DNA of 36,342 nucleotides. It comes from Klebsormidium nitens. Its lineage: Eukaryota > Plantae > Klebsormidiophyceae. Made by a program: the position numbers and the translations under genes. Every line of letters begins with the position of its first letter. The stretch's first letter is position 1. Below, piece after piece: positions 11,024-22,400 of the stretch. The notes beneath the pieces are model-generated. The model worked only from the letters and a program-made list of their open reading frames with translations, made no database searches and had not been told where the DNA came from. The stretch covers positions 1 through 36,342 of the forward strand of contig DF237701.1 of NCBI GenBank assembly GCA_000708835.1. Reading direction: 5' to 3'.

Positions 11024-12838
11024 CTACACATTCGAATCAAGGCGGTGGCGGCTTTGGATGTACATTTCCGTCCCGGCCACCATGATCAAAAGAGACAACC
11101 ACGTGGCAGACTGCCCAGCGGCCCTGTGGGAGAGACCGGACACGAGATGCACGGCAATCACCAACGGCCTTGTCAAGATAACGGAGTATCTGCGGAGGGA
11201 AAACGTCGTCAGAACGTGTGGGAGAGCCCCGCGCGAGCTTTTGCGATCTGTACAACCGACGAAACATGACCAGGAAACGTTTCGGACGGGATGACAAGGC
11301 GTCCACTCGTCCTTTTACCATCTCTTTTGAATTGCTTTTGGAACGCATAGGTAATCAAGGCACTCAACAGGCAATCGCATCCGGAAAACGACAAAGGTTA
11401 AACCTCAGTTGGGCGCGCCCTCTTAGAGTCCTGCTGTGAGAGTGCCCAACCCCCTTTGCTCGATTCCGCTTCAGACTGTTTTCCTTTACAAAAGGCAACC
11501 TGAAAAGTAGACATCTTCTAGGAGGATAAAACTCACCCCGCAGCCGCTACCCTCACCATCCACTCCCTATGCTCTTGCACCCGCTTCTTCTTGATCTTCC
11601 ACATCGCCACCCCCCCAAACAGCACCCAGATGACTGCCAGCGCCACGGAGGGGGGTACAAACCCAGGGAACTCCGACAGGGGGGCCATGATCAGCCCTGA
11701 GAAGGCTAAAACTGTTCCGGTAGATAGGAAAAGGTAACCAGACGCTCTGTGCAGTGGGAGAGAGCGCTTTCGGACGCTGGGGAGGAATTGAATGGGAGTA
11801 GCGCAGAGGTAGAGGACAGCGTTGGCTGCGTGCAGTTGCCAAAGGGAAAGGTGGTCCATGATGTGCTGTCCCGCATCGGCGGCCTTGTCGAGGGCGCCTG
11901 GAAAGAAGGGGCTAGGGGACGTTATGAAGGTTGAGCACGCCCCCGCAATCTTAAGCAGGGTGATGCGGATTAGCGAGTAAAAGAAGGTTGAGAAAGTATA
12001 AGGAAGGAAGGTTAGACTTGATGCTTTTGCCTACAAGTCAAAGCAACCTTGTTGGTTTTGCCTACTGGTTCAAGGGAACTTGGGAAGTGAGGGTGAGAAA
12101 AAAGCTCCCTGGTCAGAACGCCCGATTGAAGGAGGGAGGAAGCCAGCAGTGAGAAATGATGAAGTCGCCTAGCATCACACATATGAGATTTCAACACCGC
12201 TGACACTCTTGTTGCATTGAGAGGGTTTATAGATCAGCTGGGTGCCTCAGAAAGTGACATGGACAGCTGACGCTCTTCAAAGGGCTTAATGTCTGAAGAG
12301 AGGAAACTTTGGCCTCACCTGATGAAACAGTCTGAATTGCTGCCTCATACCCAGATACGATGGCCAGGCTATATGGCAAGAACATAGCTGAAGTCACTAC
12401 CAGGGTCCAAAACGTGACTTGCCCCAAGTCTACCGCGCTGCTCAAGCTAGCACGGCCTGCCCTGAGCCCTTTTAATTTGGACCTGATCGGTCCTAGAGTG
12501 GTTCCAGAGATGGGGCGTCCGGATTTTTGGTGCTTCTGCTCTGACGACTCCCACCCTCTGTGCGCAAGAGAGTTGCTCATCAGTGCGGCATATTTTAGAT
12601 CAGCCGTCATCGTGTTGCCTGATAGTCTAGCATTCGAGGCTGCATGTATTAGATGGGACCTGTGCTTAGTGATCGATTGAGGTGGTGGTAGCTTATAGCT
12701 GCTGACTGTCAAACTTGTTGGCAGTCTGCGAGCAGCCGCACTTGCACAAAAGCTTCTGCTTTCTGGAGCGGACAAGAAGCAGAGCAGTGTTCCACATTGA
12801 GCTGTCTGCAGTTGCTGCAAAGAACCCAAGCCGCCCAT
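11024..12838 (-). CDS. DUF2306-family predicted membrane protein, 3 exons: 12838-12319, 11897-11537, 11189-11024 (348 aa; 272 aa if the ATG at 12610 is used)
   Basis: GT-AG introns with consistent phases (1 then 2). Spliced protein contains WQLHAANAVLYLCATPIQFLPSVRKRSLPLHRASGYLFL, KIKKKRVQEHREWMVRVAAAG|YSVILTRPL and TWLSLLIMVAGTEMYI. These match the recalled DUF2306 pattern (H...Q....R.....HR..G..Y/F; H..WM.R.....TR; W.....E) with several hydrophobic helices. Confidence 0.8.
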
Positions 12839-13440
12839 GGAGCAATGCTGTCCCTCTCTGCCCTCTCAAGCACGGTTGCTTGATGCTGCAGCTTTTCGCC
12901 AGTTGAGCCCACCACCACTGGTGCACCACCCACATGCAAGCTGTTCAGCGTTCAGCCTCTGTAGGACATCCTATGACATCAGCATTGCCTGCTTGGCAAG
13001 AACTCAAGAAGGATTCGGTCTTGAAGCTCATTTGTGGCGCTTCGCAGCCGTCCGTCTAATGTACATCAACGATCGAGGGGGCAACCTCATCCGCCTATCC
13101 AAACCGTCGATTCGGACGGTCCCTCAAATCGACGGTGCATTATGGAGGTCCCTCAAATCGACGGTGCCTTAAGGAGGTTCCTCAAATCGACGGTGCACTA
13201 AGGAGGGATGGCCCAGTTCTCTACTTCACAGTTCACTCGATCGACGCACTCCCGCATCCAAGTTCTTGCGGGAGCTAAGACTTTGCATGGTGGCAGCCTT
13301 TGCGACACACACAAACAGGAGAAGTTTGTGGCCAGTTTCCAGCATTCCTTATCAGTGGTCTCGCATAGAAGTTTGTTGCTTCCAAGCTTGGGCTGCTGCC
13401 GAGCGCATGCTATTGAGAAGTTCCAAATACAAGTTGCACC
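12839..13440. promoter_or_regulatory. Putative bidirectional promoter/5'-UTR region between the DUF2306 gene and OXP1
   Basis: About 600 bp separate two divergent start codons (12838 on -, 13441 on +). Contains the repeated AATCGACGGT core. TSSs are not determinable from sequence. Confidence 0.6.
13118..13204. repeat. 3 x 29-bp tandem repeat GGT(C/T)CCTCAAATCGACGGTGC(A/C)(T/C)TA(T/A)GGA in the divergent promoter
   Basis: Units at 13118, 13147 and 13176 with no spacers. An inverted copy of the core (ACCGTCGATT) lies at 13103-13112. Confidence 0.95.
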
Positions 13441-16400
13441 ATGGGTTCAGAGAGCGGCTCCAGGGCTGGCCGGCAATTCCGCTTCTGCATTGACAGGGGA
13501 GGCACTTTCACCGACATTTATGCAGAGGCAAGTCTCTTCTCGTTTCTTTGCTCCTGACTTCAAAAGTTCAACAGTATCGCCACTGGCTTGCCACTCCCCT
13601 ATCCTTGAACTTAAACTTAAAGTTGTTTCTCCTAGATGATGCTGATGCCACACTTCTCAGTAATTTCCTTTGACGCAATCTTCACCACATATCTTGGTGA
13701 CATTGTAAGAAGTCTGTGGGGTCCCCATTGTTATGTCTTTCTCTTCAATTCCTCCCTCGTTGCAATCAAGATCGATTTGGGATGCATGTTGCTCAGTTCA
13801 CTTGAGTTGTTTCCGTATTGAGCAGCTTGTTCCCCTCAACGCTGTTGCTTGAATGTTCAAATACCATAGTGTGCATGTCATTGCTGCAGCTACACTATCT
13901 TCACTGGGATACCTTAAAACAGCACCCCACTCGTGTTAAGAGAGCGACTTTTCCGATGGATTCGAGGCCCAGTGCCTTCACGATGCAGGAATGTTGTCGG
14001 TCTGCTTGCTCCTACTGAAAACCCATTGAACAGTTCAACAAATTCATGATTGAGTTTCCCTTTCTTCCCTTTTTTTGCCAGAAGTTTGAAGCTCTGATTT
14101 GGTCTGCCAAAGCCTTGTTCCTTTGCTTGATAGCTTGAAACCTTGTTTCAACCGCAGTCCTTTTATGATTGGCCCTTTTCCATGATCGGGCCCAGACGCT
14201 TGGTTTGTTGACATATCCATGTAAGCTATCATGATGTTGTTTATCCACTCTTTCAAGGTGTCTTTCCACATCCCCCCAGTGTCTTGTGAAATCACCTTTG
14301 ATTCCCATCTTTCTGAGCTCTCTGAAAGGTTGATTGTCAGCATAAGACCTTGGCTTTCCACTGCCCAAATCATCGTTATGAATAGTCACCTTTGAGGGCT
14401 AAAGACCTGCCCAACAACCTTCCATTTGAACAAGTTTTTGGTAATCCCTGTCTTGATACTCGAAGACTTTTCAGAATCTGACACTGTGACCCCCTCTGTT
14501 GCTGCACCATCATTATCTTGCAGCATCAGGCGATTGACTGCCAGGAAAGGAGACTTTTTACGATGTGCTCCACACCGCCAAAGCTTGACAATCCAAGTTG
14601 TATCAAAAGCTCGTTAATGCAGATGGCCAACGGAAAAGTCTGCCACTACTTACTAGCCTGCTTGCGAATTGCTGGCTGCAGGTCCCTGGAGAACCGGGGT
14701 GGCGAGTTGAAAAGCTGCTGTCAGTTGATCCGGGCAACTACAAGGACGCACCCAGGGAAGGCATCCGCAGAATACTGCAAGAGGTGAGGATGATTTGGGA
14801 GAACGTCTTGTTGAGGAATGCGCATTGTCAATCCTGGTTCGTTGCACTGGACACCGGGAGTCGACTTATTGTTAGAGATCTGCTCGATGTTTGGCAGGCA
14901 ACGAATTTGGCACGGGCAGTAGCGTTTTGAGACGCCCCCATTCAAATAGAGTCCAAACAAGAAAGATGATCTGAGGGGACGAGTTGAGAGCTGGAAGAAG
15001 TGCTCTATTGCCGCTCCAGCGTGCTGACAATATCTCTGATCGCGCTCGATTGGGTTTCTTGGAGTTGATGATGTGTAGCTTGTTCTTGCTGCCTTTCCGA
15101 GTACGAGGCCCAGAGGGCTAATGCAAAAAGATGCTCGCCAAAAGATGGAAAAGGAGAAAAACAGAACAAAAGAAAGAAAGAATTAAGAGGAAAACAAAAG
15201 AGAGAAACAGACCAAAAAGTTTTCCTACGATTGATCATCCGTCCCTGATGGCAGGTGACTGGGAAGGACATCCCTCGCGATGTCAAAGTCCCAACGGAGG
15301 AGATTGACTGGATCCGCATGGGTACGGATCTCTTTCTCCTAGACTCTCTTTATCAGTTGCTGCTCCACGAGAATATTTCGCAATTTGCTACTGAAGACAA
15401 AGGTGGGTGTACTAGAGATGACCTAACATGGTCGAAAAGTGCCTGAAGAGTGACCTTTCTTGCGCTCCTCAGTCACTAGTGGGTGACACGTGTCAAGATT
15501 TTTCAGCCTGTTGGTCCTTGAACCGTCCAATTTTACTCCGACGGAATGTTTCGAAGCTTCGAGAAAGGCGAGTCACCACTCAAGCTCTGGCTGCAGGCAC
15601 AACTGTCGCTACGAATGCGCTGCTTGAGCGCAAGGGTGAGAGAACTGCCCTGTGCGTAACCAAGGTAAGGCTTCCGACGATCATACGAAGACCCTGCCTC
15701 GATTGCTGGCTCAGCAACAACATCATACTTTTGGCACCATATCTGTATCCGAGCAGTTTTACAGATTCGGGGGTGCCGGGAATAGATTCAGATATCAGAT
15801 ATTTATTAAGAGTTCGCAAAGGCGCTTTCGCATCCGGGATGGTATAATCAATACTCCCATCAACATTATTTACATCACTTCTTTCATTACATATTTAGGA
15901 TTCACCACGAGCAATCAGTCGCAGCGAGGAACTTGCAGAGCTGCATCGGTCCATTGACCAGTTGGGGTCCCACAAAAGCAAATGGCAAAGAGCGACAAAG
16001 CGGACAGAGCCCGAAAACCACCTCCTTTGACTGCGCAGGGTTTTGGCGACCTGCTGGAGATCGGAAACCAGGCCCGCCCCAAGATCTTTGACCTCACTGT
16101 GCGCAAACCATCCCCTCTGTAAGTCCTGCTTCGTCAACGAGGATTTTTGTTTTGAATCCAGCTCTTAAGTGCTTGCTGTCTTATTCAAAGAGTTGCGAGC
16201 CATAAAATGGTCTCGCAGGGCCTGTATGAACAGGTATCTTTTTGGATTTGTTTGCCAATCGTGAGCTCTTTTCAGCCCTGTAAGTCTCGTGCGATTTTAG
16301 CAGATCTTGTATATTTTTTCGAGCAGACATGGTGCTTTCTTCAATCCCTGTGCACTTAGATCAACGACATTCTGCATTTGGGGATCTCGCAGTGTTTGCA

Positions 16401-19400
16401 GAATTCTACCTAGGTCAACGTGGCAAATTCCGCTTTGCTTCCGAGGAGAAAAATCCGTCAATTCTGCCGGGGGTTTGTAGTTTGTAACTTTTGGCAGATG
16501 TTTAAACGAAGCCTGAACACATCTTAGAGATGATAGCAAATTGCATGAAACGAGGCAGCTTTCGAAGTCCGTCGCGTCCTGGTCAACTCTCTTGACAGGC
16601 TTCATCGGCTTTCGTCATCGGCGAACGGATAGCACTTCTACCACTGCACTTCCTTTGCCTAAGATACGAAGCATTCGACGACTTGATCTTCTTAGTGAAC
16701 CTTCATGCTGCCATCGACGGGCCCGTGATGACGTCACCAGGACACCCTCCCCCCATCAAAGTCTTCCCGTCCAGTAACAATATCCTGGAAAAAAGCAAGT
16801 ACAACTCTCATTGGAAGAAGGTAGTGAATGTGCGCCACAACATAGTCCAATTCTTGTTTCTGTCAGCAAGGGTAAAATTTTCATTGAAAAGGTTTTTGAG
16901 ACGAAATGCCCTGGAATAAGACATTTTTACCGCGCAGATATGAGCGCGTGATTGAGGTGGACGAGCGGGTCCAGCTGGCGTTGGACAGCGAGGGCACGTC
17001 CGGCGAGAAGGCGTCCGAAAGGGGAACCGCTAGCGGGAATTCCGGCGAAGAAGACGGGGCGCGTCAGGTGCAGGGTGTGTCCGGGGAGTACGTGGACGTC
17101 GTTCGGCCGTTGGAGGTAGAAGCGTTGCGGCCCGCTCTGCAGGTACGTCGTGAGATTCTCTAACAAGTGGACTTTCCAGAAAGTGATGTAACATGTTCGA
17201 GGATGAGTGAAGGACCTGAAAATCAATCTTCGCTTGTTTCGACCTCTACGTACTTCGTTGCCGCCTTCCTCGCTGGCCGACTCCCGATCTGACAGCCGCG
17301 ATAGGAGGACTACGGATATCTCTTGTAGCTTCTGTCAAGGTGTCTGGGACCGTGAAACGTGGTTAAACTCCCTATCACTGACGTAAGCTGGATTTATCTG
17401 CTACGAAAGCAGTACTGAGACCAGGTCCTGCCGTTTTCGAGTCTGCGAGGAGACAATAGTGGTCTCTTGCAGGGCTGTCGGGGGAAGATGCGTATTTTCT
17501 ACCACCGCACTCCTGACCGCACTTAGAGCAACCGCAAGTTCGCGAAGACGTTGAGCGGATGAACAGCAGTGGGTTTGACTTCCCCGTACCCCAAACACCT
17601 GAAAGCCTTGTTTACTGAAATGCATACCTAAACGTCCGAGAACCTTCCCGTTGCAGGCGGTGTTGGACGAAGGCATCGACAGCCTGGCAGTCGTCCTCAT
17701 GCACTCGTACACGTTCCCGGAGCACGAGCAGGTGAGGCGCTAGCCTTTGTGCACGTTTCTTACTTTGCACAGCGGCCAAGTTTCGATGTGAACGACCTTG
17801 TCCAGCTTCAGGATGCCTCGTCAGAGATACATATCGCCTCTTTGCGAGGAGGCCTTCTTGAAGCAATGTGCGTATCCTTGTTGTGAAAGATATTGGAGTT
17901 CTCGAGTGAACTCCAGGCATTTGTCTTTCTGCTTCGACCCGCTTAGTGAAAAGTCCTCGCATCCAAAACGGCTGCCATATGCTGTATCGTAATAGGAAGC
18001 TGCCACCTATTGCTTTCAAGTGCGAGCTGCGTGAAAATTGGGGTACAGCTCCTCCTCACCACACCTCGGCGCGAACGCGTTCAGAATGTCAGCTGCTGCG
18101 TTCTTACTGGCAGATAATCGGCGACCTCGCCAAGGAGATGGGCTTCAAGCAGGTGTCGCTGTCCTCCGATCTAGTTCCCATGGTGCGCATCGTGCCACGT
18201 GGCCACACCGCGGCAGTGGACGCATACCTGACGCCCAACATTCAGGACTACCTGAAGGGCTTCCTTTCAGGTGCAGTAATACTCAAAAGCTTAATTTGAC
18301 GGTGAATTCACAAGGTTTTGTGTTTCAGGGAGTTGGTCTTTTGGGATAGGTGCGGTTTGTTCTGAATGCAAGGGGTTCTTCGGCCGTCTTTTGTTCACGC
18401 TTCATCCCCGAGTGAGCTCAAAATCCAGGACAATTCGAAGGGCTTCCTTTCAGGTGCATGCAATACTGACATTTTAGCTGACATTTGACCTTCAAAATGT
18501 GTAGCCGCCAAAGGATCGATGTATTGAGATGGGCGAATTCTCCGGTTGCAAGGACGTGCTGGAATTCTGGACCATCTTCGTTATTGCTTTGCCCACCGAA
18601 AGCCAGCCCTCGCAAGTGCGTTTTCGCCCACTAGCAAGACTTCTAACAAGCCGTGTTCAACGTGTTCGGAGTCAGTAATTGGAGTGGCTTGCCCTTTGCA
18701 TATCCTCAACTTTCGCTTCGCATCAACCACGAGCTTGTGACCGTTGACTCTCTGCCAACTTGCGATTGACTCGGTCCTGCCGTTGCCTCAATCATTTCCG
18801 GACCGTTCTTCTTTGAATTCAGAAGTCAGTCGGGCACACTCACAGGGTCCACACGTGTTGACCACCTGAAACGACGGATTCATCTGATGGTCTGCCATAT
18901 GCTTTCTTTTCGGAATAAGAGCTCTTAGAATTAAGGTCGCCTTTCAAATGCGTCCGCGTTTCTTACTCGCTCTTCAACACACTGAACAAATGGCTGCAGA
19001 CTGCTTCTCAGCCGCAAGTGAAACGAGTATTTATCTCGTGCAGGCTTCGACGACGGTTTGGACGAGGTCACCGTTTCGTTCATGCAGTCAGACGGCGGGC
19101 TGACTCCAGCTAAGCAGTTCACTGGGTTCAAAGTGAGGCCTGGAGATGCTGGTGTCTTTCGAAATCTGTATCTAAAGACCTTTTTGTTTCCATCAACGAT
19201 GTACATTCATTTTGCAACCCTCGACTTCAACGTCTTCGCAAGTTCTGTCCGCCCTTGGTTTGTCGATTGGTTTATCATGCCCAATCCTGACTCCTGAAAC
19301 CATTCGCAAGAACTTTGCATCCACGTGGGAAGGGTCTGCGGTGCCCTTGAGATGCTATATGCGACGAACACTTTCAACACGTGCTCATCTGCCATGTGCG

Positions 19401-22400
19401 TTTTGCAGGCAATCTTGTCAGGCCCCGCAGGCGGCGTGGTCGGATATGCCCTTACCACTTTTGGTGTGGAGACGGAGCAACCGGTGAGCACAAGGCCTTC
19501 GGCACCCCGGTCAACTGACTTTTGGTTAAACCTATTCTGCCTATGTCCAAATTGCTCAAAAGGAGTTCTTGATCCAGCTCCACTTCATCGTTGCACGAGG
19601 GTGGTCTTTTACCCCATTCAATCTTGTTTCGAAACTTCCAATCAAAGTGTAGCTCGCTCCCAGGCACGTACACCAAACGTCGTTTCAAAAAGCACGCTGA
19701 CTTAATCTGCAAAAGACGAATCTCTGCCTTAGCCGCGACAACCTGTTTCACTGCCAGGTGATTGGCTTCGACATGGGCGGGACGTCGACTGACGTCAGCC
19801 GCTACGCTGGCCACTACGAGCAAGTCGTCGAGACGCAGACGGCGGGCGTCAACATTCAAGCCCCGCAGCTCGACATCAACACCGTTGCGGCGGGGGGAGG
19901 CTCCAAGCTCTTCTTCCAGGCGGGCGTTTTCAAGGTGTGATTGGAGATTGAAAACCTTTCTATCTTGGAAGCATTTCAGTTGTGGACTTGTCTGTTATAA
20001 GGATACGGATGTCGTTCAGTACTCGTGTGTCTCTAGCCATTCGAAAGGTGGAGAGCCGTTGTTGCGATGTGCGTCAAGGGGCGCAAAGTGTGTGCCTGGC
20101 AAACTAACGCTGCTTCGAGCAACCCTCCCTTTTCTTGTAAGTACCGCGAAAATAATATGGTCGTTTCATTCATCAATTTGAAGACGGACGTCACCACGAC
20201 GTAACCGCATGTATCGCCGTAGAACGTTCTAAGACCGGCTTTCTACCCGAACGCGGAAACGTGCTTCGTTTCAATGACACCTGCCACGTGTCGGTTTCTG
20301 ACAGGTCGGTCCGGACTCGGTGGGCGCTCACCCGGGCCCCGTGTGCTACAAGAAGAAGGGCGGGGAACTCGCGGTGACGGACGCAAATCTACTGCTCGGG
20401 AGAGTGCTTCCCGACTACTTCCCTAAGATCTTTGGACCCGAGGTCAGCTCTGGAAAAGCGCCCCGCATTGTTCGCTTTCTTGCGCTCTTTTGCTGAGGAC
20501 AAGGGTGACTGTGAAGGTCTCCCGACTGAAAAATCTAGAGTTTTCTGTTAGGGGTCCGTTTCGATTTTGTAAGCTAAAGAAGTCTCGGAACACGGCCAGA
20601 TGAGAGTTGGAAGCGGCATATCGTCTTGCTTCTTCCCGTCGTTTGAATGTCATCCGATCAGTTCAAAGTCCTCAGTTGATCTTTCGAAGGACTGAGCGGG
20701 TTCATGAAAGTCGATCTCGTTTCGTTGACTGTTTTAGGCTCACCTAAGCGAGTAGCTTCTTGCATCGCCCTTCACTACGCCGACACTTCGGCGCGCAGAG
20801 TCGCGCGCCTGAGCAGGTCGGAACATGCTGACGTCAGCGTGGCCACGTGTCCACAGGAGAACGAGCCGCTGGAAGTCGACGCGACCCGGAAGGCGTTCAA
20901 GGAGTTGGCCAAGGAGATCAACGCACACCGGACGGCACAGGGGGCTGGTGGTACGGCTCTTTGCGTCAAAGCTCCCACCGTTTACCTCAAGCCTTGACCT
21001 TCCTTACTGGTTCTATCCACTGAATCAGCCGGTTTCAGTGATCGTGGGTCTAGTATTGCACAGGCGGTCAGGATCGGGCTTCCAAGGGTGGCAAATTCCA
21101 AGAAGAAAGCTGTACTCTGCACTTTAGCACCCTCGTTTCGCATCCTGCGATCCTTCGAAATCGGCTGTCCAGTTGGACTGGCTGTTTGCTTGGACCACGT
21201 TCACTTCTGGCAGCCACAAAGGCAGCTCTTCGCTCCAATTCCTGCACACCCCTTTGGTGTAAGTACTTCCTCCGCCAGCTGTGTTTGTGCCTCCGTCTCT
21301 TCATGTTTTGGGCGAAAGCTTAGGGGACTCAGGGAGCTTTCCTCAGAGACCTACCGTGCTGCTGGTCAACCTAGGAGACTCAGCGAAACCTGCTCACGAG
21401 CCCTAGCATGCTGTCCTTATTGCAGAGCCAATGAGCGAGGAAGAAGTCGCGCTAGGCTTCTTGAACGTGGCGAATGAAGCGATGTGCCGACCAATTCGAC
21501 AGGTGAGTGACGTGGTCACTGTAGAATGATAGTTTTGCCTTCAATGTTCTGATGAGGAACAAGCTCTAAGTCACGAGCGATATCATTCTGGCATGCTTGG
21601 TAGATTGTCAGATTCGTTGGCGTCATTGCTTGGCGAGCCTCTGTATGCAGTGATTGGTTGAATAGTGAACGACCGAGCGCACTTACAATCTTCTGCAGCT
21701 GACGGAAATGAAAGGCCACGATACGAGCCAGCACGTGCTCGCCTGCTTCGGTGGTGCGGGGCCGCAGCATGCGTGCGCTATTGCACGCGCTCTCAAGATG
21801 CGTGAGTGCCCTCGCTCCCCAGAACTTCCATGTACTTCTAAGATAGACCCTTTCCGCCCTTTTCCTTGGTCGTGTATTTCCATCTGTTCCATCTTCGGAT
21901 CCTTTCGAGAGGTTTCGCTTTGCACTGGCAAGCACTCTTGAGCTTCCTATGCCCAAATCATGCAGTCGCGATCTACGAAAACATCTTCGTTCCAGCTCCG
22001 CGTCCACCCCTGTGCCGACCTTGCCAGCACTTACGCTATGGACTTTGCTGAGGTTGTCTCCAAGCATCCCCGCATCTCGAAGCAAAGTAGCTCCAACCGC
22101 CAACAGTATTCAGATGCCCTGAAAGTCTCCTGTCAGGCACCGTGCTGGTCCACCGCTACGCCGGCATCCTGAGCGCCTACGGCATGGGCCTTGCTGACGT
22201 CATCTCTGAGGCGCAAGAGCCCACCAAGCTGACGTACTCTGACGCCAGCTTGTCGGAGATCAAGGAGCGGGGGGCGCGGTTAGAGGAGCGGGTTAAGAGC
22301 GACCTGCGGCGGCAGGGCTTTGGCGAGAAGGACATCGAGACGGACCTGCTGCTGAACCTGCGGTACGAGGTGGGTTGGTACCGGGTTTTGCATAACCGTT

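Noticed and set aside
13118-13204. 29-bp direct repeats as a mini CRISPR array
   Set aside because: The units are contiguous with no unique spacers, there are no cas genes, and the context is eukaryotic and spliced.
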